The translations under genes and the position numbers were made by a program. The notes under the pieces are model-generated. The model was not told the origin of the DNA. It searched no databases and worked only from the letters and a program-made list of their open reading frames with translations. From NCBI RefSeq assembly GCF_000155895.1, contig NZ_DS995298.1, forward strand, positions 1,050,001 through 1,082,000: DNA of 32,000 nucleotides. Reading direction: 5' to 3'. Positions 22,564 to 29,859 of this stretch are shown here, piece after piece. The DNA is from Candidatus Pelagibacter sp. HTCC7211. GTDB taxonomy: Bacteria; Pseudomonadota; Alphaproteobacteria; Pelagibacterales; Pelagibacteraceae. Each line of letters begins with the position of its first letter. Positions within the stretch are counted from its first letter, which is position 1.

Positions 22564-22932
22564 TTATTCCCAGTCTAAAGCGCCTTTTTTCCATTCATAA
22601 ATAAATCCAATTGTAAGAATGAATAGAAAAATCATCATTGATGAAAAACCTAATAATCCAATGTTCCCAAGTGAAATCGCCCATGGAAATAAAAAAGCAA
22701 TTTCCAAATCAAATATAATAAATAGTATAGCAACTAAATAAAATCTAACATCAAACTCCATTCTAGAGTCTTCAAAAGGTTCAAATCCACATTCGTATGC
22801 TGAAAGTTTTTCGGGATCAGGTCTTTTTGGCGAAAGAATAAAATTAATTACCACAAATGCACAGCTCAAACCAAGAGCGATGATCAAAAAAATAATTATT
22901 GGTAAGTAATCTTTTAGAAAATCAGATAACAT
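22564..22932 (-). CDS. nuoA: NADH-quinone oxidoreductase subunit A
   Basis: 122 aa, three TM helices, with the YECGFEPF motif. First gene of the nuo order. Confidence 0.94.
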   Translation of the reverse strand: MLSDFLKDYLPIIIFLIIALGLSCAFVVINFILSPKRPDPEKLSAYECGFEPFEDSRMEFDVRFYLVAILFIIFDLEIAFLFPWAISLGNIGLLGFSSMMIFLFILTIGFIYEWKKGALDWE

Positions 22933-22986
22933 GCGAGTCTATATATCAGTTTTTATTTTATGTTGAAGCGTTGATACGTCACATTT

Positions 22987-23014
22987 TTCATAAAAAAAAA
23001 GTTAACAATTTCAA
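22987..23014 (-). promoter_or_regulatory. Candidate sigma70-type promoter for nuoA (TTGAAA-16 nt-TATGAA)
   Basis: On the minus strand, TTGAAA is at 23014..23009 and TATGAA at 22992..22987, with a 16-nt spacer. It lies in the 158-bp spacer between tRNA-Asp and nuoA and would give a leader of roughly 45-50 nt. AT-rich background makes chance matches likely. Confidence 0.3.
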
Positions 23015-23090
23015 TAATTTAGATTAATAAATTTAAAAAAACTAATAATATCAATTACTTAAGCTGTTAATTAATTTAATTGAAAGAAAG

Positions 23091-23167
23091 TGGCGGGAGT
23101 GAAGGGACTCGAACCCTCGACCTATCGCGTGACAGGCGATCGCTCTAACCAACTGAGCTACACCCCC
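23091..23167 (-). tRNA. tRNA-Asp (anticodon GUC), CCA encoded
   Basis: The reverse complement is GGGGGTGTAGCTCAGTTGGTTAGAGCGATCGCCTGTCACGCGATAGGTCGAGGGTTCGAGTCCCTTCACTCCCGCCA. It folds by hand into a cloverleaf: acceptor GGGGGTG/CACTCCC, anticodon stem ATCGC/GCGAT, loop CTGTCAC, T-loop TTCGAGT. Length 77 nt. Confidence 0.95.
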
Positions 23168-23180
23168 ACTTCAAAAATTT

Positions 23181-23256
23181 TGGTGGGCGGTAAAGGACTC
23201 GAACCTTTGACCCCCTCGGTGTAAACGAGATGCTCTACCAACTGAGCTAACCGCCC
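23181..23256 (-). tRNA. tRNA-Val (anticodon UAC), CCA encoded
   Basis: The reverse complement is GGGCGGTTAGCTCAGTTGGTAGAGCATCTCGTTTACACCGAGGGGGTCAAAGGTTCGAGTCCTTTACCGCCCACCA. Acceptor GGGCGGT/ACCGCCC, anticodon stem TCTCG/CGAGG, loop TTTACAC. Length 76 nt, with a 13-nt spacer to tRNA-Asp. Confidence 0.95.
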
Positions 23257-23276
23257 ATTACCAAAAAATATAGTGT

Positions 23277-23304
23277 TTTATATCTTTTAGAATACTAACG
23301 TCAA
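23277..23304 (-). promoter_or_regulatory. Candidate sigma70-type promoter for the tRNA-Val/tRNA-Asp pair (TTGACG-16 nt-TATAAA)
   Basis: On the minus strand, TTGACG is at 23304..23299 and TATAAA at 23282..23277, with a 16-nt spacer; each hexamer matches consensus at 5 of 6 positions. The -10 element ends 20 nt upstream of the mature tRNA-Val 5' end, leaving a short RNase P leader. Confidence 0.5.
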
Positions 23305-23373
23305 GGTCTATTACTATTTAAAAATAGCTGAATTATTAATTAATAATATTAATTTATTAAAATGTACTAAATA

Positions 23374-24546
23374 TTAGCAAAGAAATTCAAGTGCTTTAAG
23401 TATGCCACCTTTGTTAAAAGGAATTTTTGATTTCATAAGACCCATCTCAACACCAGATAGAGTTCCAGCTAACATTAATTCATTAAAATCTCCTAAATGA
23501 CCAATTCTAAAAACTTTACCAGCTACTTTCGCTAATCCAGTTCCTAGCGACATATTAAAATCATCTAGAATTATCTTTCTTAATGAGTCCGCATCATGTC
23601 CTTCCGGTACAAGCACCGCAGTCAAAGAGCTCGAATATTCATCAGGATTTTTACATAAAATTTCTAACCCCCAAGCATTGACAGCAATTCTTGTAGCTTC
23701 TGCAAATCGTTTATGTCTATTAAATACATTTTCTAATCCTTCTTCTGTAAGAATATTAATGGCTTCATCTAACCCATATAAGAGATTAGTTGCTGGGGTA
23801 TATGGAAAATAACCTTTTTTATTATTTTCTATCATTGGTTCCCAATCCCAATATGATTTGGGTAAATCTGAATTTTTATACGCATCTAATGCTTTTGAAC
23901 TTATTGCGTTAAAAGAAAGTCCTGGAGGCAATAATAAACCTTTTTGTGATCCTCCAACAGTTACATCAACTTTCCATTCTTCGTGCCTATAATCTATAGA
24001 ACCTAAAGAGGATATTGTATCTACAAATAATAAAGCTGGATGATCTGCATTATCCATTGCTTTTCTAATTTCACCAATTCTACTCGTCACACCTGTTGAA
24101 GTTTCATTATGAACAGCACATACAGCTTTAATTTTTTTTTCTGTATCTTCTTTTAATTTAGACTCAACAATGTTTGGGTCAACACCTGTTCTCCAATCAC
24201 CTTTTACAAAATCTATTTCTAATTTAAATTTATGAGCAATATCATACCAAAGCGTAGAAAAGTGCCCTGTTTCAAACATCAAAATTTTGTCTCCAGCACT
24301 TAATGTATTGACCATTGCTGCTTCCCAAGCTCCAGTGCCAGATGCTGGAAAAATTATTACAGGTTCTGACGTTTTAAAAATTAATTTAATTCTATCTAAT
24401 ACCCTTAGACCTAATTCTGCAAAATCAGGTCCTCTATGATCAATAGTAGGATAATCCATAGCTCTAAGAACTCTATCTGGAACGTTTGTAGGTCCAGGTA
24501 TCTGTAAAAAATGTCTTCCAGGTCTGATAGTATTTGAAATTGCCAT
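23374..24546 (-). CDS. Class V PLP aminotransferase, serine/alanine--glyoxylate (AGXT/SgaA-type)
   Basis: 390 aa. N-terminus GRHFLQIPGPTNVPDRVLRAM and PLP-lysine motif GGSQKGLLLPPGLSF are typical of the AGXT / serine-pyruvate aminotransferase family. The amino donor and acceptor cannot be fixed from sequence. Confidence 0.85.
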   Translation of the reverse strand: MAISNTIRPGRHFLQIPGPTNVPDRVLRAMDYPTIDHRGPDFAELGLRVLDRIKLIFKTSEPVIIFPASGTGAWEAAMVNTLSAGDKILMFETGHFSTLWYDIAHKFKLEIDFVKGDWRTGVDPNIVESKLKEDTEKKIKAVCAVHNETSTGVTSRIGEIRKAMDNADHPALLFVDTISSLGSIDYRHEEWKVDVTVGGSQKGLLLPPGLSFNAISSKALDAYKNSDLPKSYWDWEPMIENNKKGYFPYTPATNLLYGLDEAINILTEEGLENVFNRHKRFAEATRIAVNAWGLEILCKNPDEYSSSLTAVLVPEGHDADSLRKIILDDFNMSLGTGLAKVAGKVFRIGHLGDFNELMLAGTLSGVEMGLMKSKIPFNKGGILKALEFLC

Positions 24547-24591
24547 AACGCTGTATATGTTAAAGTAAATGTATAATCAAATTTAAAATAT
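24547..24591. promoter_or_regulatory. 45-bp divergent control region between the aminotransferase and the MR-like gene
   Basis: This is the only non-coding DNA between two divergent start codons, so both promoters must lie here or inside the neighbouring genes. TATAAT at 24572..24577 sits 14 nt before ATG 24592. On the minus strand, TTGATT...TATACA ends 5 nt before ATG 24546. TGTATA occurs twice (24552-24557 and 24570-24575). Confidence 0.3.
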
Positions 24592-25746
24592 ATGACAAAT
24601 AGTAGTAACTTAATAGATAGTTTAGAAATTTATACTTTAAGTAACCCATTTGATGTTAAGTCGCACTGGGTTAGTCACTTTATAGTTCCTACGGCAAATG
24701 AATTACTTATAAAAATCAAAAATAAAGATGGTAATTCTGGTTTTGGTTTAGCTACAAGCTATACAGATATTGCTCCGCTAATAAAACCTTTCTCAAATGG
24801 TCTTTCAGATTTAATAATTGGAGAAGACCCCTTTTGTCCTGAAAAAATTTACCAAAAAATTTTTAAATTAACCGATACAAGAATTAGTAATGAAAAAGGT
24901 TGGAGCAAAGAAGCTATAATTAGAATTTCAGCAGCCTTAGATATCGCTTGTTGGGACTTGATTGGAAAATCGTCAAATATCCCTCTCTACAAACTTTTTG
25001 GTGGTTATAGAAACAAAGTACCAGTTTATGTGACATGTGGATATTATCGTGACGGTAAAAGTAATACAGAGCTCAGAGAAGAATTAAATAAATTAATCAA
25101 AATTGGTCATCAAAGTTTTAAAGTTAAAGTAGGTGGATTGACTATTAAGGAAGATGAAAAAAGATTAGAGATAATTCGAGATGAGATTGGGGAAGAAAAA
25201 GATTTAATGATTGATGTGAATAGAGCTTGGGATCTAAAAACAGCAATAGAAGGTGTTAAAGAGTTTAAAAAATTTAAACCTACTTGGATTGAAGAACCAT
25301 TAAGATGGGAAGATGACAGAAGAACTCTAAGATTATTATCTAAGCAGACTGATATACCCATTTCAGGTGGTGAAAGTGAACTAACAACCTATGGATGTAG
25401 ATCAATAATTGAAGAAGATGCTATTCAAATTTTACAATTTGATTGCACAATGTTTGGAGGATTTACTAATGGAAAAAAACTTTCAGCATTATGTGAAATA
25501 AATCATATAGATATAGCTCCACATCATGATTGTTATATTCATGCACCATTAGTTGCGTCGACTCCATCTGGCAGAATTGTTGAGTCATTTGATGATGAAA
25601 GAGATCCTTTGCAGGCAGAATTATTTGAAAATCCTCATAAAATGGAAAATGGATGGATACATTTAAATGAAAAACCAGGTTTAGGGCTACAAATTTCTGA
25701 AGCCGCGTTAAAAAAGTTCGGTAAATTAGTTTACAAAAATAAATAA
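24592..25746 (+). CDS. Enolase-superfamily enzyme, mandelate racemase subgroup (2-hydroxy-acid racemase or acid-sugar dehydratase; substrate unknown)
   Basis: 384 aa. The ordered motifs correspond to P. putida mandelate racemase as I recall it: FKVKVGG (KxK), MIDVNRAW (metal Asp), WIEEP (metal Glu), SGGESE (metal Glu), QFDCTMFGG (Asp of the His-Asp dyad), IAPHHD (His) and IVESFD (carboxylate-binding Glu). Confidence 0.85.
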   Translation: MTNSSNLIDSLEIYTLSNPFDVKSHWVSHFIVPTANELLIKIKNKDGNSGFGLATSYTDIAPLIKPFSNGLSDLIIGEDPFCPEKIYQKIFKLTDTRISNEKGWSKEAIIRISAALDIACWDLIGKSSNIPLYKLFGGYRNKVPVYVTCGYYRDGKSNTELREELNKLIKIGHQSFKVKVGGLTIKEDEKRLEIIRDEIGEEKDLMIDVNRAWDLKTAIEGVKEFKKFKPTWIEEPLRWEDDRRTLRLLSKQTDIPISGGESELTTYGCRSIIEEDAIQILQFDCTMFGGFTNGKKLSALCEINHIDIAPHHDCYIHAPLVASTPSGRIVESFDDERDPLQAELFENPHKMENGWIHLNEKPGLGLQISEAALKKFGKLVYKNK

Positions 25747-25765
25747 TTCTTTATTTAATTTATTA

Positions 25766-28666
25766 ATGTTTAGTTCAGATCAAATTTTAAAAATTGAAAA
25801 AGAAATTAGCAGTAAAGTTGATGGAAAAACTTTATTCGATGAATTCTCAAGAGGAAGATACAGTACAGATGCATCTGTATATCAAATAAAACCTATTGGA
25901 GTAGTTTTACCAAAAGATACCAACGATGTACTGAATGTGATGGAGTACTCACAAAAAAACTCAATTCCTTTGCTGGCTAGAGGTGGTGGAAGCTCGCAAT
26001 GTGGACAAACAGTTGGAGAAAGTTTGGTTTTAGATTACTCAAGACATCAAAATAAAATTTTGGATTTAAATGTTGACGAAAAATCAGTTTGGGTAGAACC
26101 AGGTGTAGTTTTAGATCATTTAAATGCATACCTAAAACCTTATGGGTTATGGTTTCCAGTTGATGTATCAACAAGTAGCAGGGCAACAATTGGTGGGATG
26201 TCTGCAAATAATTCATGTGGTTCAAGATCTTTATATTATGGAAACATGGTACATAATGTATTAGCGATTGAGACAATATTAGATGATGGTTCAATACATA
26301 CTTTTGATGAAATACAAAAAAACTATTTAGCACAAAAAAATAATCAAGACAGATTTTATAAAATAATTGATAAATTTATTGATTTAAGACAAAGAGTTGG
26401 GGCCGAGATTGATGAAAATTGGCCAACTACACAAAGAAGAGTTGGGGGGTACAACATTGATTTAATAGACCCTAATGGTTTTAATTCATCAAATATATTG
26501 GTTGGATCAGAGGGTACTTTATCTTTATTTAACAAAATAAAATTAAAACTTTCTGAAATACCAAAAAATAAAATATTAGGTGTTTGTTATTTTGATAATT
26601 TTCATCAAGCAATGGAATTAACTAAAGAGATAGTTAAATTAAAACCTACATGTGTCGAATTAATGGATCAAAATTTATTAAATTTAGCAAGAGAAATACC
26701 CATGTATTCAGAGGGTATAAAAAAATATATTAAAGGAAACCCTCAAGCAGTTTTGATGGTTGAATTTATTGATACTGAGCAAAGTATTTATGAAAAGAAA
26801 ATTAAAGATTTAGAGTATTTAGTTTTAAATCAAAATAAAAATAATCAATTTTCATATTATTCTAATCTAGATGAACAAAAGGAAGTTTTTGAAATTAGAA
26901 AAGCTGGTCTAAATATTTTAATGTCTATGAAGGGAGATAAGAAGCCAGTTGCATTTATTGAAGATTGTGCAGTTTCACTTGATCATTTAGCTGATTATAC
27001 AGCGAGATTAAATGAAATATTTAAAAAATATAATACTAGTGGAATGTTTTATGCTCATGCATCTGTTGGAACACTTCATATTAGACCTGTATTAAATATG
27101 AAATCTGATGAAGATATAAAAAATATGAAGTCTATCTCAGAAGAAACCTTTGAAATGGTCAAAGACTATAAGGGTTCTCACTCAGGTGAGCATGGTGATG
27201 GTATTGTAAGGTCAGAATTTCATGAAATGATGTTTGGTAAAAAGATTACAAATGTATTTGAAGAAATTAAAGATACTTTTGATAGTAAAAACTTATTAAA
27301 TCCAGGAAAAATTGTAAGACCACTTAAATCAAATGATAGATCTTTAATGAGATATAAATCAGGATATCAAGCTCAAAATATAAACACTCATTATGATTGG
27401 TCTAGTTGGGGTCAATTTAGTGATGCTGTTGAAATGTGTAATAATAACGGTGCCTGTAGAAAATTAGACTCAGGAGTAATGTGTCCTTCTTATAGAGTCA
27501 CAAAAGAAGAGAAAGATTTAGTTAGAGGTAGAGCCAATACTTTAAGACTAGCATTATCAAACCAATTACCAGAAGGTTCATTTGCATCAAAGGAAATGTA
27601 TGAAACTATGGAACTTTGTGTAAGTTGTAAGGCTTGCCAAAGAGAATGCCCAATGTCAGTTGATATGGCAAAAATGAAAAGTGAGTTTCTGTCTCATTAT
27701 TATAAAAAATTTAGTATGCGGATTAAAGATAGAGTTATATCCGATATGCCAAGACTTATTTGGCTATTAAAAATTGTTGCTCCAATATTTAATAAAATTA
27801 AAAATTTACCTTTAATCTCAAATATAGTTGAAAAATTTGGTTTTGCAGTAGAAAGACAAATGCCAGAAGTGCAAAATCAAAGTATTTTAAGAGAAATTTA
27901 CAATGATCAATTATATTCAGAAAAAAAAGTAATTTTATTTGCAGATACGTTTAATATTAATTTTGAAAATCAAAATTTAATTTATTCAATTAAAGTACTA
28001 AATAAGTTTGGTTACCAAGTGATTATACCAAGTTTTGGAAAAGACAAATTAAATAGAGCGCTATGCTGTGGTAGAACCTACATATCATACGGTCAATTAG
28101 ATAAAGCATCAGAGGAACTAAATCGTTTTAATAATTATATTATCGATAATAATTATTTTAATTTACCAGTAGTTGGAATTGAACCTTCTTGTTTGTTAAC
28201 ATTTAGTGATGAGTATCAAAAATTAAAAAATGTTAAAAATAAAGATAAAATAAAAAATAAATTTTATTTATTAGAAGAATTTGTATTAGAAGAAATTAAG
28301 AATGATAATAAAATCAAAATGAATAAATTTGATCAAAATGTATTAATTCATGGTCATTGTCATCAAAAGTCGCAAGATAGAATGAAGGGACTTAAAAATC
28401 TTTTATCTGAGTTAGATATCAAAAATGAAATGATAGATTCAAGTTGTTGTGGTATGGCTGGTTCGTTTGGTTATGATAGTAAAAATTATGAAGTATCCAA
28501 AAAAATGGCAAATTTATCATTGATACCAGCGATTAATAATAGTGATGAAAAAGATTTTATTGTAGCTAATGGTACAAGTTGTAGGCATCAGATTTCTGAT
28601 TTATCTAAAAAAAAAGGGAAACACGTATCTGAATTACTATTTCAAATTTTTGAAACAGTAAATTAA
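25766..28666 (+). CDS. Fused FAD-linked oxidase / 4Fe-4S / double CCG-domain dehydrogenase (YdiJ-type, GlcD-GlcF-like; probable D-2-hydroxy-acid dehydrogenase)
   Basis: 966 aa. N-terminal PCMH-type FAD domain (LARGGGSSQCGQTVGESLVLD) and FAD-oxidase C domain (EHGDGIVRSEF). Ferredoxin-like motifs follow: CNNNGACRKLDSGVMCPSY and CVSCKACQRECP. Two cysteine-rich CCG motifs are present: RALCCGRTY and SSCCGMAGSFG. Confidence 0.85.
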   Translation: MFSSDQILKIEKEISSKVDGKTLFDEFSRGRYSTDASVYQIKPIGVVLPKDTNDVLNVMEYSQKNSIPLLARGGGSSQCGQTVGESLVLDYSRHQNKILDLNVDEKSVWVEPGVVLDHLNAYLKPYGLWFPVDVSTSSRATIGGMSANNSCGSRSLYYGNMVHNVLAIETILDDGSIHTFDEIQKNYLAQKNNQDRFYKIIDKFIDLRQRVGAEIDENWPTTQRRVGGYNIDLIDPNGFNSSNILVGSEGTLSLFNKIKLKLSEIPKNKILGVCYFDNFHQAMELTKEIVKLKPTCVELMDQNLLNLAREIPMYSEGIKKYIKGNPQAVLMVEFIDTEQSIYEKKIKDLEYLVLNQNKNNQFSYYSNLDEQKEVFEIRKAGLNILMSMKGDKKPVAFIEDCAVSLDHLADYTARLNEIFKKYNTSGMFYAHASVGTLHIRPVLNMKSDEDIKNMKSISEETFEMVKDYKGSHSGEHGDGIVRSEFHEMMFGKKITNVFEEIKDTFDSKNLLNPGKIVRPLKSNDRSLMRYKSGYQAQNINTHYDWSSWGQFSDAVEMCNNNGACRKLDSGVMCPSYRVTKEEKDLVRGRANTLRLALSNQLPEGSFASKEMYETMELCVSCKACQRECPMSVDMAKMKSEFLSHYYKKFSMRIKDRVISDMPRLIWLLKIVAPIFNKIKNLPLISNIVEKFGFAVERQMPEVQNQSILREIYNDQLYSEKKVILFADTFNINFENQNLIYSIKVLNKFGYQVIIPSFGKDKLNRALCCGRTYISYGQLDKASEELNRFNNYIIDNNYFNLPVVGIEPSCLLTFSDEYQKLKNVKNKDKIKNKFYLLEEFVLEEIKNDNKIKMNKFDQNVLIHGHCHQKSQDRMKGLKNLLSELDIKNEMIDSSCCGMAGSFGYDSKNYEVSKKMANLSLIPAINNSDEKDFIVANGTSCRHQISDLSKKKGKHVSELLFQIFETVN

Positions 28667-29856
28667 ATTATTATTTTTCTATTATAAAAATCATCTATTT
28701 GTTTGTCATTGTAATCAAAAATTTTCATGATTTCTTTTGTGTGTTCACCTAAGTTAGGTGCACCTTTAGATTTTTCAGTTTTACTTTTCGAAAATTTAAT
28801 AGGCATTCCAATAGCTTTGCTTTTTCCTGCTTTTTTATTATCTACATCAATTATCATTTCTCTTTCAATTGTTTGAGGGTCCACGAACATTTCGTTAATC
28901 GAATTTATTGGACCGCAAGGTAGACCGTTTTCATCGAAAATTTTTAACCATTCTTTTGATGTTTTTTTTATCAATTCACTATTAAGTATCTCTACAAGTT
29001 GTGTAATATTTTCTTTTCTATTGAAGTTTGATGAAAACATTTCATTTTCTTGTAAATCCATTCGATCAATCGCTTTTAATAACATTAACCAAGTATTTTG
29101 ATTAGAAGCACCTACAGTGATCCACTTATCCTTAGTTTTAAATGCTTGATAAGGGGCAGTTAATGGATGTGCTGAACCTAATGGACCAGGAGATTCTCCT
29201 GTTGCTCCAGCAATAGCTGATTGCCAATAAGTGTGTACAATTCCAGCCTCAAATAAAGAGGTATCAACTTTTTGACCTTCGCCTGTTTTATTTCTATGAA
29301 CCAATGCTGCAAGAATACCGCTTGTAGCCAATAAGCCAGCAGTAATATCTGTAATAGGAGCACCAACTTTCATTGGTGGTTTATCTTTGCTTTCTCCAGT
29401 AATACTCATTAAACCACTCATACCTTGAGCTACTAAATCAAACCCACCTTTATCTGCATAAGGACCTGTTCTACCATATCCAGAAATTTCACAGAGAATA
29501 ATTTTAGGATTTATTTTAGAAATTACATCATAACCAATACCTAATTTTTCTAATGTACCTTTTCTAAAATTTTCTAAAACTACATCAGAATTTTTAACCA
29601 TTTTCTTAAAAATTTCTATTCCATCTTTGTCTTTTAAGTTTAATGCTATTCCCTTCTTATTTCTATTCATCATCATAAATGCAGCAGCTTCACCATTTAT
29701 ATCAGGAGGTAGAAATCTTCTTGTATCATCACCTCCAGGAGTTTTTTCTATTTTGATTACCTCTGCACCTAAGTCTGCTAACAAAAGTCCACAAGTTGGT
29801 CCTGCCATAATTTGAGACATTTCTAAAACACGAATGCCTTTTAATGAAGCTGGCAT
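28663..29856 (-). CDS. Family III CoA-transferase (CaiB/BaiF/Frc family)
   Basis: 397 aa. N-terminus LKGIRVLEMSQIMAGPTCGLLLADLGAEVIKIE..GGDDTRRF and the catalytic-Asp region GGFDLVAQGMSGLMSITG are characteristic of class III CoA-transferases. Confidence 0.88.
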   Translation of the reverse strand: MPASLKGIRVLEMSQIMAGPTCGLLLADLGAEVIKIEKTPGGDDTRRFLPPDINGEAAAFMMMNRNKKGIALNLKDKDGIEIFKKMVKNSDVVLENFRKGTLEKLGIGYDVISKINPKIILCEISGYGRTGPYADKGGFDLVAQGMSGLMSITGESKDKPPMKVGAPITDITAGLLATSGILAALVHRNKTGEGQKVDTSLFEAGIVHTYWQSAIAGATGESPGPLGSAHPLTAPYQAFKTKDKWITVGASNQNTWLMLLKAIDRMDLQENEMFSSNFNRKENITQLVEILNSELIKKTSKEWLKIFDENGLPCGPINSINEMFVDPQTIEREMIIDVDNKKAGKSKAIGMPIKFSKSKTEKSKGAPNLGEHTKEIMKIFDYNDKQIDDFYNRKIII

Positions 29857-29859
29857 TTA

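Noticed and set aside
23035-23059. A hairpin (minus strand AGTAAT-tgat-ATTATT) followed by AG and a T7 run, about 30 nt downstream of tRNA-Asp; a possible intrinsic terminator.
   Set aside because: The stem is 6 bp, all A/T plus one G-U pair, and is probably too unstable. Such patterns are expected by chance in this base composition. It is mentioned only as context in the tRNA/nuo finding.
23314-23327. An inverted repeat CTATTT-AA-AAATAG downstream of the aminotransferase stop; a possible terminator.
   Set aside because: The 6-bp A/T-rich stem has a 2-nt loop, which is sterically poor, and no adjacent U-tract on the minus strand.
25977-26333. A 118-aa minus-strand ORF, the longest unexplained ORF in the track, antisense to the FAD-domain region of the 966-aa dehydrogenase.
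   Set aside because: It is fully nested antisense in a gene with clear homology-type motifs. Its translation is His/Leu/Asn-rich nonsense with no recognisable motif, start context or Shine-Dalgarno. The other antisense ORFs of 60-93 aa are the same kind of artefact of codon bias: 3508-3789, 3910-4119, 4360-4557, 4755-5006, 8674-8937, 18682-18864, 18889-19107, 25110-25361 and 29627-29815.
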